NCBI RefSeq assembly: GCF_028368995.1 | Contig: NZ_JAQNDL010000001.1 | Location: 1,440,001 to 1,504,000, forward strand | Direction of reading: 5' to 3' | Length of the DNA: 64,000 nt | From: Nannocystis bainbridge | Lineage (GTDB): Bacteria; Myxococcota_A; Polyangia; Nannocystales; Nannocystaceae | Part shown: positions 1 through 9,673 of the stretch, piece after piece | Numbering within the stretch: the stretch's first letter is position 1 | Layout: each line of letters begins with the position of its first letter | Program-made: the position numbers and the translations under genes | The notes under the pieces: generated by a model | The model's input: only the letters and a program-made list of their open reading frames with translations | What the model was told of the DNA's origin: nothing | Databases searched by the model: none

Positions 1-570
1 CCACCCCGGCAGCGGCGCCATGCAGCGCAGGTCGTCGGCCCCCGCCGGCTTGGGGATCACCAGCGGGTCGAGCGGCGCCCCCATGCCCAGCTCGCAGCTC
101 GGCAGGCAGCCGTCGTCGAGGTCGGCGTTGGCCCCGTCGTCGCACGCCTCGCCCGGCTGGACCACGCCGTCGCCGCAACCCGGCGGCCCGCCCGTGCTGC
201 TCGTGTCCGGCCCGGTGCTCGTCGTCGTCGTCTCTTCGCCAGTGCTCGTCGAGGTGTCCGGCCCGGTGCTCGTCGAGGTCGTCGCTTCGCCGGTGCTCGT
301 CGAAGTCGTCGCCTCACCGGTGCTCGTCGAAGTCTCGGTCGCGCTCACGCCCTCGGTGGTCGTGCTCTCGCCCGTGCTCGTGCCGGTGGTAGTCGTGGAT
401 GTCGGATCGCCGGTGGTCGGCGGATCGTCGCTCGTGGTCGTCGCCGTCTCGCTGCCGCTCGCGGTCGCGGCCCCGGTGTCCGTCTCTGTGTCCCCGGGGA
501 CAGGTTGTGAAGGACAGGCCGTCAGCAGCCCGCAGACCATGAGCGCGGTCGAACGATCGACAATCGACAT
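1..570 (-). CDS. Thr-rich lipoprotein with myxobacterial Cys-rich repeat (partial, runs off the window start)
   Basis: Not in the ORF track; translated by hand from ATG at 570: MSIVDRSTALMVCGLLTAC (lipobox), Thr/Ser-rich linker, then CGDGVVQPGEACDDGANADLDDGCLPSC (Myxococcus Cys-rich/DUF4215-type repeat). Confidence 0.8.
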   Translation of the reverse strand, partial: MSIVDRSTALMVCGLLTACPSQPVPGDTETDTGAATASGSETATTTSDDPPTTGDPTSTTTTGTSTGESTTTEGVSATETSTSTGEATTSTSTGEATTSTSTGPDTSTSTGEETTTTSTGPDTSSTGGPPGCGDGVVQPGEACDDGANADLDDGCLPSCELGMGAPLDPLVIPKPAGADDLRCMAPLPGW

Positions 571-910
571 TGGCGAAATCTACGCGCGGGCCGCAGCGCC
601 GGCAAGCCGCGCGCCGCGGTCGGTCCGGCGCCTCCACCGCGATCCGCACGCGAATCGACGAATGCGCGTACCTCCGACGCTCATCCTCCGCCCACGACGA
701 ATGCGCGGGGCGTCGCTACGATTCGCCCGATCTGTCGCGCCGGAGCGCGCACGCCCCGTGAGTTCGCCGGACGGATCGCGCCCCCGTGCGCCGCGTGAAT
801 CAGCGACGGAGGCGGGCCCGCCATGACCTTGACCGTCGAGCCTGCTGCGGCGACGGTCGAGCCCGCCGCGCGGCTCGCTCGGTTGCGCATCGCCGGAACT
901 CGCGCATGCC

Positions 911-1498
911 ATGGGCGGGAGAAAATCGCTGATGGGTTCCACATCGCTGAAGGGCAAGAAGATCGCGATCCTCGTCGTCTCGGGGTTCGAGCAGAGCGAG
1001 CTGGTCAAGCCGCGCGAGGCGCTCGATGCCGCCGGCGCCGAGACGGTGCTCGTCTCATCCGAGTCCGGCAAGGTGCGCGGCTGGAAGGGCGGCGACTGGG
1101 GCGACTCGTTCCCGGTCGACCTCGCGCTGAGCGACGCGCGCGCGGTCGATTACGACGCCCTGCTGCTGCCCGGCGGCGTCATCAACCCTGACAAGCTGCG
1201 CATCGACGAGGACGCGATCAAGTTCATCCGTCACTTCGTCGCCAGCGACAAGCCGGTCGCCGCCATCTGCCACGGGCCGTGGCCGCTGATCGAGTCGGGC
1301 GGGGTCCGCGGGCGCAAGCTGACCTCGTGGCCGTCGCTGCGCAGCGACCTGCAGAACGCCGGCGCCTCATGGGTCGACGAGGAGGTCGTGCTCGACCGCA
1401 ACCTCGTCACCAGCCGCAAGCCCGACGACATCCCCGCGTTCGTGAAGACGATGATCGAGGCGATCGCCGCCGAGAAGGCGACCACCCACGCCGCCTGA
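911..1498 (+). CDS. PfpI/DJ-1 family type 1 glutamine amidotransferase-like protein
   Basis: GFEQSEL, YDALLLPGG, AAICHGPW (catalytic Cys-His), LVTSRKPDD motifs; start may be 931. Confidence 0.93.
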   Translation: MGGRKSLMGSTSLKGKKIAILVVSGFEQSELVKPREALDAAGAETVLVSSESGKVRGWKGGDWGDSFPVDLALSDARAVDYDALLLPGGVINPDKLRIDEDAIKFIRHFVASDKPVAAICHGPWPLIESGGVRGRKLTSWPSLRSDLQNAGASWVDEEVVLDRNLVTSRKPDDIPAFVKTMIEAIAAEKATTHAA

Positions 1499-1503
1499 GC
1501 CGC

Positions 1504-3159
1504 TCACGGATAGGCGGCGCGCACGACGATGCCGCTCGGCCCGCGCAGGAAGCTGCGGCCGAGCGCGTCGACGCGGATCTGCAGGCCCTCGTCGAGGTTG
1601 ACGTCGGTCTCGCCCTCGCCGACCAGCTCGCCCAGCGGCGTGTACGCGAAATGCTGGACGACGCGGTTCGGCTGCGGGGTGATCCAGTTGTAGACCTCGC
1701 CGAGCACGAAGTCCTCGCCGCGCACCGGGATCTCCTGGTGCCGGCGGCGGAACGAATCATAGCAGTGGCCGCCGTCCCAGCCCTCGAAATCCATCGTGGT
1801 GCGCTGGACGTCGGCCACCGACGTGCCATCGGCGGCGAAGAACCGCATGTCGAGCGCGGTGCCGTCCGAGCGCCACAGGAACACGAACTCGCTCTCGTCG
1901 TTCATGCCGACGGTGAAGCCGTCGTACCAGTAGTGATAGTTGACGGACAGCTGCACCGGGCCCGCATCGATCCACCCGGCGCCGCCGGCCTTGAAGCGGC
2001 GGTAGTAGATGCCGTTGCCGCTGTGCTTCTGCGCGGCGACGATGCCCTCGCCGGTGGCCTGGTTGAGCGCGACGTGGTTGCCGTAGACGGCGTCGATGTC
2101 GAACGCCTCCTGCTGCGCCCCCGCCAGCCCGTCGGCGTCGACGAAGGTGATCAGCGTCTGGTTCGGCGACACCGTGATCACGCTGTTGCCGGCGGCGTCG
2201 ATCGCCGCGTTGTGGAACTCGAAGTATGCGTCCGGCAGCGCGATCGCCGTCTCGGCGGTGACGACCGGCTGGCACGTGTTGTCCAGCAGCGAATAGGCGA
2301 TGCGGTGGCTCGCCGGGTCGCCGCCGGCGTCGAACCACGTGACGAGGACCTTCTGCGCCTCGCGGGCGATGTGGATCTCCGGCTTCGCCCCCAGCCCCTG
2401 ACCGGCGTCGTAGCTGCCGGCCACGAACTCCGGCCGCCGCACCGTGCCGTCGCCGTTCCAGCAGGTCACCTTGAGCGAGCCCGCGTCGCCGCGCACGACC
2501 ACCAGCGCGCCGTCGGCCGCCACGTCGTAGTCGTCGATCGGCGTGTCGATGACGAGCGCGACCTCGTCGTCGCAGGCGTCGGGGATCCCGTCCTCGTCGA
2601 CGTCGACGTCGTCGGGCCCGGCGAGACAGAGGTCGTCGCCGTCGCACACGCCGTCCATGTCGCTGTCGTTGCTGGCGTCCTGAGGGCACGCATCACAGGC
2701 GTCGGCGATCCCGTCGCCGTCGCCGTCGAGCCCGTCGTCGCCGCCCTCGCACACGTCGCAGGCGTCCGGGACGCCGTCGCCGTCGCCATCGGGCCCGCCC
2801 TCGCACGGGTCGCCGGTGGTGCTGGTGTCGGTGGTGATCGCGTCGGTGGTGCTCGAGTCCGCGGTCGTGCTGGTATCGACCGCCGTCGTCTCGCCAGTGG
2901 TCGTCGTCGTGTCGCCGGTCGTCGTCGTCGTGTCACCGGTCGTCGTCGTCGTCCCCGACTCGCTGTCGCTCATGGCGCTGGTGGTCGGTGCCGCGGTGGT
3001 CGGCGCGTCGGTGGTCGGCCCGCCGGTGCTCGGATCGTCGGTCGTGCCCGTGCCGGTGTCGCTCGTCGCGGCCGACTCGGTGGTCGCGATGGTGTCGTCG
3101 CCGCAGGCGACGCAGGGCAGGAGCACGGACAGGAACAGCGAACAGCGGCCACGCATCAT
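1504..3159 (-). CDS. Lipoprotein with Thr-rich linker, thrombospondin type-3-like Ca-binding repeats and a beta-rich C-terminal domain
   Basis: Lipobox CVAC-GDD; DGDGDGVPDACDVC-type repeats x4. Confidence 0.8.
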   Translation of the reverse strand: MMRGRCSLFLSVLLPCVACGDDTIATTESAATSDTGTGTTDDPSTGGPTTDAPTTAAPTTSAMSDSESGTTTTTGDTTTTTGDTTTTTGETTAVDTSTTADSSTTDAITTDTSTTGDPCEGGPDGDGDGVPDACDVCEGGDDGLDGDGDGIADACDACPQDASNDSDMDGVCDGDDLCLAGPDDVDVDEDGIPDACDDEVALVIDTPIDDYDVAADGALVVVRGDAGSLKVTCWNGDGTVRRPEFVAGSYDAGQGLGAKPEIHIAREAQKVLVTWFDAGGDPASHRIAYSLLDNTCQPVVTAETAIALPDAYFEFHNAAIDAAGNSVITVSPNQTLITFVDADGLAGAQQEAFDIDAVYGNHVALNQATGEGIVAAQKHSGNGIYYRRFKAGGAGWIDAGPVQLSVNYHYWYDGFTVGMNDESEFVFLWRSDGTALDMRFFAADGTSVADVQRTTMDFEGWDGGHCYDSFRRRHQEIPVRGEDFVLGEVYNWITPQPNRVVQHFAYTPLGELVGEGETDVNLDEGLQIRVDALGRSFLRGPSGIVVRAAYP

Positions 3160-3233
3160 CGCGGCAGTGTAGCCGCCAGCCGCGCGCGCCGGAGCGCGTG
3201 TCCGCGCGCCGACGCTGTGGCATAGTCGGCCGC

Positions 3234-4532
3234 ATGCGACGGACCCCCGCGCTCGCGCGCCTCGTACCTGTCCTGTGGACCCTGTCTCTCGGTGCATGTG
3301 AAAAATCGGCCACGAACACGCCCGAGGCTGGCGCCGGGTCCGGCCCGAGCAGCGCCGCGCCGGCCGGCAAGCCGGCCCCGAAGGGCAGCTACGCCGACCT
3401 CGCCGGCCAGTTCGAGCAGGCCGCGGCCCAGCCGGGCGGCGCCGGCAAGCCCGATCTCGAGCGACTCACCGTCCCGCTGCTCGACGCCGCCTCCAAGCGG
3501 CTCAGCGAGCTGTCGATCGTGCACGAGGTCGAGCGCGGCGACGGCAAGGCGGCGCTGTGGATCAGCGCCGAGAGCGGCTCGCCGCTCGGGCGCCTGGCGG
3601 AGCAGCTGCGTTCCGCCGGCGACACGCGCACGGCCTACGACCTGGCGTGGTTCCGCGATCACCCCGGTCGCCCCGCCGGCTACGACGCGCCCGCCAACGT
3701 GCTGCGCCTCGAGCACGCGGTGATCCAGCGCGGCGGCGATCCGGACGAGCCGCGCCTGCGCCACGAGCAGGCGCGCGCCGAGGTGTGGGGCCGGCTGCGC
3801 CGCGGCGAGCCGTCGCCGTATCATTTCCGCCTGCTGGCCGGCAGCGGCGCCGACGAGGTCGTGCGCGGCGACGAGGTCCACGCCCGCGCCCGCGATCTCA
3901 CGCGCGAGCTGCAGGGCGTGCAGGACCTGCTGATCAGCCCCGACGACGCCCCGGTCACGCAGGCCGATCTCGCCGCGGTGCTGGCGGCGAGCGAGGCCGG
4001 CCCCGCGATCGCCCGCCCGCTCACCGAGCTCGAGCTCCGCTTCGGTCGCCTCGCCGCCGCTGCGGTCCGCGGCGCCGACGAGACTGCCCGGCTGCAGCCG
4101 CAGATCAAGCAGGCGCAGGCCAAGGCGAAGGGCAAGAGCGCCGCCCAGGCCTCGGCCGGCCCGCGCGGCGCGTCGCTGCTGCTGGCGCTCGACCCGGTCA
4201 AGGGCGATGCGTCGGGCGTCGCCCACGCGCTGATCGTCGACCTGGCCGAAAGTACAGGTCCCGAGGACCCCAAGAACACGGCCCTGCTGCGCACCCACCT
4301 GACCGACATCGGCAAGGCCGTCGATCGCCACGCCGCCCACTTCGCCGCGCTCGTCGAGCTGCTGCGCCGGATCGCCGGCACCCCGTCCGGCAGCGAGCGC
4401 CGGGCCCTGGTCAAGGCGCTCGCCGGCGTGATCGAGCCGGTCGGTGACGACGCGCCGGCCAAGGCCAAGGCCCAGGCCGCCTACGTCAAGCGCTTCGACG
4501 AGGCCCTGGCCGGGCCCGCTCCCGCCCGCTGA
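3234..4532 (+). CDS. Hypothetical lipoprotein
   Basis: MRRTPALARLVPVLWTLSLGAC lipobox; GC3-rich codon bias. Confidence 0.7.
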   Translation: MRRTPALARLVPVLWTLSLGACEKSATNTPEAGAGSGPSSAAPAGKPAPKGSYADLAGQFEQAAAQPGGAGKPDLERLTVPLLDAASKRLSELSIVHEVERGDGKAALWISAESGSPLGRLAEQLRSAGDTRTAYDLAWFRDHPGRPAGYDAPANVLRLEHAVIQRGGDPDEPRLRHEQARAEVWGRLRRGEPSPYHFRLLAGSGADEVVRGDEVHARARDLTRELQGVQDLLISPDDAPVTQADLAAVLAASEAGPAIARPLTELELRFGRLAAAAVRGADETARLQPQIKQAQAKAKGKSAAQASAGPRGASLLLALDPVKGDASGVAHALIVDLAESTGPEDPKNTALLRTHLTDIGKAVDRHAAHFAALVELLRRIAGTPSGSERRALVKALAGVIEPVGDDAPAKAKAQAAYVKRFDEALAGPAPAR

Positions 4533-4551
4533 TTCACCGCCTCACGCGAGC

Positions 4552-4572
4552 TCCGGGCCCGCAGGGCCCGGA
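4552..4572 (+). terminator. Stem-loop downstream of the lipoprotein gene (possible terminator)
   Basis: TCCGGGCCC-GCA-GGGCCCGGA perfect 9-bp stem 20 bp after the stop codon; only a weak U-tract. Confidence 0.4.
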
Positions 4573-4582
4573 ATTCACGTCC

Positions 4583-4611
4583 TTGACAATGGTTGCTTAT
4601 CGGGTTAACTA
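4583..4611 (+). promoter_or_regulatory. Putative sigma70-type promoter of the VOC-ArsR-SRPBCC operon
   Basis: TTGACA-17bp-TAACTA in an AT-rich patch about 30 bp upstream of ATG 4643. Confidence 0.4.
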
Positions 4612-4642
4612 TTCATCGAACCCGCAACCAACGGAGCACCGC

Positions 4643-5110
4643 ATGAAGAGCACGCCGGCCGGATGGCCCCGCATCTCCTCCTCGATCTTCTACGACGACC
4701 CCGCCGCCGCGATCGACTTCCTGTGCCGCGCGTTCGGCTTCGAGGTCCGCCTCAAGGTCGAGGGCGAGAGCGGCGACATCGCCCACTCGGAGCTGACCTT
4801 CGGCGAGGGCCTCATCATGGTCGGCGGCACCACGCGCCGCGACCCCGGCCGCGAGGGCTACCAGAAGCGCCACATCAGCCCGCGCGCGGCCGACGGCGGC
4901 AACACCCAGACGCTGTGCATCTTCGTCGACGACGTCGACGCCCACTGCGCCCGCGCCCGCGAGAGCGGCGCCCGGGTGTTCCGCGAGCCCAGCACCGAGG
5001 ACTACGGCGAGGACTACTGGGCCGACCGCAGCTACGGCGCGCTCGACCCCGAGGGCCACCAGTGGTGGTTCATGCAGCGCGTGCGCGACCCGGGGCAGCG
5101 TGCCGGCTGA
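4643..5110 (+). CDS. VOC/glyoxalase (PhnB-like) family protein
   Basis: AAIDFLCRAFGF, HSELTFG, VDDVDAH, DPEGHQW motifs; GGAG RBS before ATG. Confidence 0.9.
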   Translation: MKSTPAGWPRISSSIFYDDPAAAIDFLCRAFGFEVRLKVEGESGDIAHSELTFGEGLIMVGGTTRRDPGREGYQKRHISPRAADGGNTQTLCIFVDDVDAHCARARESGARVFREPSTEDYGEDYWADRSYGALDPEGHQWWFMQRVRDPGQRAG

Positions 5111-5441
5111 CCTCGACCGCACCCTCGCGGCGCTGGCCGACCCGACCCGCCGCGGCGTGATCGATCTGCTGCGCCGCAGCCCCCGGCGCGCCAGCGAGAT
5201 CGCCGAGGCGCTCGACATGACGCGCCCGGCCATGAGCCGCCACCTCCGCGTGCTGCGCAAGGCCGGGCTGGTCCGCGAGGACGCGCAGGACGACGACGCC
5301 CGGGTCCGCGTGTACCGCCTCGAGCAGGCGCCGTTCACCGGCCTGCGCGGCTGGCTCGACGAGGTCGAGGAATTCTGGGCCGACCAACTGCAAGCATTCA
5401 AGGCCCACGCCGAACGCCGGGCCCGCGGGAGAAGAGCATGA
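5100..5441 (+). CDS. ArsR/SmtB family transcriptional regulator
   Basis: ALADPTRR...SRHLRVLRKAGLV winged HTH. Confidence 0.92.
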   Translation: MPADLDRTLAALADPTRRGVIDLLRRSPRRASEIAEALDMTRPAMSRHLRVLRKAGLVREDAQDDDARVRVYRLEQAPFTGLRGWLDEVEEFWADQLQAFKAHAERRARGRRA

Positions 5442-5947
5442 CGACGCAGCTGCGCGGCGACGCGGCCAACGTGTCGGTGTCGGTGGCGGTGCCGCCGGCG
5501 CTGGCGTTCGAGATCTTCACCGAGGAGATCGATCAATGGTGGCGCCGCGGGAGCAAGTTCCGGGTCGCGGGCAAGCACCGCGGGATCATCCGCCTCGAGC
5601 CGGAGGTGGGCGGCCGGCTGTTCGAGTCGTTCACCACCGACGCGGGCACGCGGGTGGTCGAGACCGGGCGCGTGCTGGTGTGGCAGCCGCCGACCCGCCT
5701 GGTGTTCGAGTGGCGCGCGGCCAACTTCGCCCCGAGCGAGCGCACCGAGGTCGAGGTGGAGTTCACGCCGAGCGGCGACGGGACCTGTGTCCGCGTGCAG
5801 CACCGCGGCTGGAGCGAGCTGCGCCCCGACCACCCGGCCCGCCACGGCCAGCCGGTCGACGCGTTCCTGCGCGGGACCGGGCTGTGGTGGGGCGAGCTGA
5901 TGACCTCCCTGCGCGAGCACGCGGCCGCCCGCGCCGCGGCCCGCTGA
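5438..5947 (+). CDS. SRPBCC/AHSA1 (START-like) domain protein
   Basis: AFEIFTEEIDQWW, LEPEVGGRL, WQPPTRLVFEW, VEVEF, HRGW; ATGA overlap with the ArsR gene. Confidence 0.9.
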   Translation: MTTQLRGDAANVSVSVAVPPALAFEIFTEEIDQWWRRGSKFRVAGKHRGIIRLEPEVGGRLFESFTTDAGTRVVETGRVLVWQPPTRLVFEWRAANFAPSERTEVEVEFTPSGDGTCVRVQHRGWSELRPDHPARHGQPVDAFLRGTGLWWGELMTSLREHAAARAAAR

Positions 5948-5988
5948 GCGATCGTCACCGACCGCCGCGAGCGGCGGTCGCGGCGACC

Positions 5989-6058
5989 GGTGCTTCAGGA
6001 CATGTCTCCGAAGACATTTCCGAAAGCACAGGCTCTCAGGGACATGCTCCAAAGGACC
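5989..6058. repeat. Array of five phased 14-bp TGTCC-N4-GGACA-like units
   Basis: ggtgcttcaggaca|tgtctccgaagaca|tttccgaaagcaca|ggctctcagggaca|tgctccaaaggacc between convergent genes. Confidence 0.8.
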
Positions 6059-6103
6059 TGCGCGCGATCCTCCCGATCGGCGTGTCCGCGCGCGCCGAGC
6101 CGG

Positions 6104-6754
6104 TCAAGCCCCCTTGACCGCGTAGATCACCCGCACCCGCGACGTGATCTCGATCCGCCCCGGGATGATCGGCGTCGCCGCCCCGAGCTCGTCGGCCGCC
6201 GCGAAGTGGTACTCGGGCAGCGGCGGCGGCATGTCCTCGATCACCTGGGCCATCAGCGGCCCGTCGAGCAGGGCCCCGAGCGCCTTGGCGACCGTGTGGA
6301 TCTCGTCGATCGCCAGCTTGGTCGCCTGCCCCAGCCCCTCGCGGCGGTACTTCTTGTCGTCATTGACCACGAAGCGCAGCCCGCTCGCGGTGTTGACCCC
6401 GGCCGACACGCCGGCGTCGTAGACCGCGACCGCGCGGGCCACCGGGGCCGTCACGCTGATCACATTGGTCGCGCGATAACCGACGAGGATCTCGGTCTGC
6501 GTGTCCTCGTCCCATTTGGTGACGGCCTCGAGCTGCAGGTCCGCGGTCTGGATCGCCGACTCGGGGATCTTCTGCTGCTTGACCGCGGCGATGACCTTGA
6601 CCATGCGCTCGGCGTTCTCCTGCACCGCCTCCGCCGGCTGCTTGGCCTGCGTGGTCACGCCGAGCCGCAGGATCGCCGCGTCCGGCTCCGCGCGCACGAC
6701 GCTGCTCCCGGTCGCCTCGATCGTCTTCGTGTTCACGAACTCTCGTGGTTGCAT
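6104..6754 (-). CDS. SIMPL (DUF541/YggE-like) domain protein
   Basis: IEATGSSVVRAEPDAAILRLGV, GYRATNVISV, IIPGRIEITSRVRVIY. Confidence 0.88.
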   Translation of the reverse strand: MQPREFVNTKTIEATGSSVVRAEPDAAILRLGVTTQAKQPAEAVQENAERMVKVIAAVKQQKIPESAIQTADLQLEAVTKWDEDTQTEILVGYRATNVISVTAPVARAVAVYDAGVSAGVNTASGLRFVVNDDKKYRREGLGQATKLAIDEIHTVAKALGALLDGPLMAQVIEDMPPPLPEYHFAAADELGAATPIIPGRIEITSRVRVIYAVKGA

Positions 6755-7040
6755 GAACCCGAGCTTGGGACGTGCCCCGCCCGCCGGCGGGCGATCGACG
6801 ATTCGCCGCCGACAGTCGCAGCGCGCGGCGACGCCTGCGAGGCCACCGCGACGGTGCGGACGGGGCGCCCCGGCCCGCGCGCAGCGACGCGCACGGCCAC
6901 GCGCGGGGGCGCTCAGCCTGACCCGGGGTCGGCGGCCCGGATGGCCCCCATGACATGTCCGCAGAGACATTCTCCGCAGCGTGCGCGCGCCGGCGCGCGG
7001 CCTGGTTGCACGCACGTCGCCGCTGATCGATCGTGGGCCC

Positions 7041-8723
7041 GTGCCGGTCCGCGTCCGTCCCTCGCTCGTCCTCGTGCTCCTGTGCGCCTGCCCGTCCGCG
7101 GCCGGCACCACCACCGAGGACACCGTCGCCTCGACCGGCAGCGGCGGCGCGGCCACGGGCGAGCCGACTTCGACCGGCCCTGACGCGCCGACCACCGCGG
7201 GCGGCTGCCCCGCGCCGCTCGCCGAGTGCGACGGGGCCTGCGTCGACGTCGCCCACGACCCGGCGCATTGCGGCGGCTGCGACAGCCCGTGCGACGCCGG
7301 CCTCGCCTGTCTCGAAGGCCAGTGCGGCGTCGCCTGCGGCCCCGGCACCGCCACCTGCGACGGCGCCTGCGTCGACCTCGAGGTCGACCCCAGTCACTGC
7401 GGCGCCTGCGACCGCGCCTGCGACCCCGGCGTCGCCTGCGTCGCCGCGACCTGCGTGCCCGGCTGCGCCCCCGAACAGGCGCTGTGCGGCGAGGCCTGCG
7501 TCGACCCCGGCAACGACGAGGCCCACTGCGGCGGCTGCGATACCGCCTGTCCTTCGGGACAGCCCTGCGTCTACGGCCAGTGCGTCGGCGTCGGCCTGCA
7601 CCACCTCCTCATCAGCGGACAGAGCCTCTCGACCGGCTCGGGCTCCGTCGTCGTCAGCGTCGAGCAGCCGTTCGCCAACGTCTCGTTCAACACCGGCGTG
7701 CGGGCCGGCGGCGTGGGCCTCACGGGCTTCATCCCGCTGATCGAGACCTGGAACGGCGGCGAGGGCGAGACCATCGCCTCGGGCGCCGCCAACCTCGTCA
7801 GCCAGCTCGAGCAGGACCGCGGCGGCAGCCACAAGATCCTCGCCTCGGCCCACGGCGTCGGCGGCCAGCCCTACGGCGCGCTCAAGAAGGGCACCGCGCC
7901 CTACGCCAACGGCGTCGCCCAGGTCACCGCCGGCGTCGCCCTCGCGGCCATGGCCGGCGAGGCCTATGCCGTGCGCGCCGTCGCCATCGTCCACGGCGAG
8001 AGCGACCACCTCGGCGGCAACCTGGCCTACGCCGAGGATCTGCTGGCCTGGCAGAGCGACTACGAGGCCGACGTGAAGGCCATCACCGCCCAGCCCTACC
8101 CCGTGCCGATGTTCCTGTGCCAGATGTCGAGCTGGACCATGTACGGCAGCAGCGTCTCGCGGATCCCCGGCGAGCAGCTGGCGGCCGCGCGGGCCCGGCC
8201 CGACCGGATCTTCGTCGTCGGCCCCAAGTACATGCTGCCCTACGTCGACGGCGTGCACCTCACCGGCGAGGGCTCGCGCTGGCTCGGCGAGTACTACGCC
8301 AAGGCCTACCGCCGGGTCCTCGTCGAGGGCCTGCCGTGGCGACCGCTGGCGCCGCGCAGCATCACCCGCGAGGGCGCCGTCGTCACCGTCGAGTTCGAGG
8401 TCCTGACCCCGCCGCTGGTGCTCGACGAGCTGCTCGTCAGCAACCCCGGCAACTACGGCTTCGAGTTCACCGACAGCAGCGGCGCCCCGCCGGCGATCGC
8501 CGCGGTCGCGCTCGCGGGCCCCACCACCGTCCAGCTGACCCTCGCGGCCGAGCCCGTCGGCGGCAACCAGCGGGTCCGCTACGCCGCCACCGGCGTGCCC
8601 GGCGTCAGCGCCGGCCCGACCACCGGCGCCCGCGGCAACCTGCGCGACTCCGATGCGACCGTCAGCCGCCACGGCTACAGCCTCTTCAACTGGGCCGTCC
8701 ACTTCGACGAGCCGGTCCAGTGA
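7041..8723 (+). CDS. Lipoprotein with Cys-rich (Stig1/MXAN_6577-like) repeats and an SGNH sialate O-acetylesterase-like (SASA) domain
   Basis: Lipobox LLCAC; three CVDxxxDPxHCGxC repeats; GQS, HGESD, DGVH SGNH/SASA blocks; start approximate. Confidence 0.82.
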   Translation: MPVRVRPSLVLVLLCACPSAAGTTTEDTVASTGSGGAATGEPTSTGPDAPTTAGGCPAPLAECDGACVDVAHDPAHCGGCDSPCDAGLACLEGQCGVACGPGTATCDGACVDLEVDPSHCGACDRACDPGVACVAATCVPGCAPEQALCGEACVDPGNDEAHCGGCDTACPSGQPCVYGQCVGVGLHHLLISGQSLSTGSGSVVVSVEQPFANVSFNTGVRAGGVGLTGFIPLIETWNGGEGETIASGAANLVSQLEQDRGGSHKILASAHGVGGQPYGALKKGTAPYANGVAQVTAGVALAAMAGEAYAVRAVAIVHGESDHLGGNLAYAEDLLAWQSDYEADVKAITAQPYPVPMFLCQMSSWTMYGSSVSRIPGEQLAAARARPDRIFVVGPKYMLPYVDGVHLTGEGSRWLGEYYAKAYRRVLVEGLPWRPLAPRSITREGAVVTVEFEVLTPPLVLDELLVSNPGNYGFEFTDSSGAPPAIAAVALAGPTTVQLTLAAEPVGGNQRVRYAATGVPGVSAGPTTGARGNLRDSDATVSRHGYSLFNWAVHFDEPVQ

Positions 8724-8876
8724 CGCCCTGCGCTCCTACCGCGGCACATCGGCGCAAATCACGCGATCCTCAATTTGCGCCCGGAACAGCGCCCGGGGCG
8801 GTCCTGTGAGGCCGAGCCCGGCCTATAGCCCATGTCCGAGCTTGCGCCGGGGCGCCCGCCGATCATGCCCCCTCTC

Positions 8877-9653
8877 ATGCCGCGAGTCCTCATTGTCGAC
8901 GACGAGGAGCCCCTGCGCGCGAGCCTCAGCTACGCGCTCACCCGCGAGGGCTACAGCGTCACCACCGCCGAGGACGGCGCCAGCGCGCTCGAGCAGACGC
9001 GCACCCGCAACCCTGACCTCGTCATCCTCGACCTCATGCTGCCCGGCCTCGACGGCATGGAGGTGTGCCGCCGCCTGCGCGCCGTGTCCGACGTCCCGGT
9101 CGTCATGTTGACCGCGCGCGACCGCGGCCAGGACAAGGTCGACGGCCTCACCGTCGGCGCCGACGACTACGTCACCAAGCCGTTCGACACCCCCGAGCTG
9201 ATCGCCCGCGTCGGCGCCGTCCTGCGCCGGCGGGCCAGCGCCCAGCGCCTCCTCGAAGAGGACCGCCTGCTGGTCCAGCGCATGGAGGACCTGCTGCGCC
9301 AGGCCCCGATCCCGCGGATCTCCGCCAGCGAGCGGCCGCCCGCGCACGGACGCCTCGAGGGCGGCCGCGTCGTCGTCGACCTCGACAGCGCCACCGTCCT
9401 CGTGCGCGGCCGGGCGATCACCACCTCGGCGGCCGAGTACGCGCTGCTGCGGATCCTCCTGTCCTACCCCGGCCGCGTCGTCACCCGCACCGAGCTGATC
9501 GAGCGCACCTGGGGTCACGGCGCGCCCGACGGCCACACCCTGCTCGCCGTGCACATCCGCTGCCTGCGTGAGAAGATCGAGGAGGACCCGGCCCAGCCGC
9601 GCCTCGTCATCACCGTGCCCGGCATCGGCTTCCGCTACGACCTGCCGTCCTGA
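8877..9653 (+). CDS. OmpR/PhoB family response regulator
   Basis: VLIVDDE, LDLMLP (phospho-Asp), GADDYVTKPF, C-terminal wHTH TVPGIGFR; start could be 8832 or 8865. Confidence 0.93.
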   Translation: MPRVLIVDDEEPLRASLSYALTREGYSVTTAEDGASALEQTRTRNPDLVILDLMLPGLDGMEVCRRLRAVSDVPVVMLTARDRGQDKVDGLTVGADDYVTKPFDTPELIARVGAVLRRRASAQRLLEEDRLLVQRMEDLLRQAPIPRISASERPPAHGRLEGGRVVVDLDSATVLVRGRAITTSAAEYALLRILLSYPGRVVTRTELIERTWGHGAPDGHTLLAVHIRCLREKIEEDPAQPRLVITVPGIGFRYDLPS

Positions 9654-9673
9654 TCGAGGCCACCACCGCTCGC

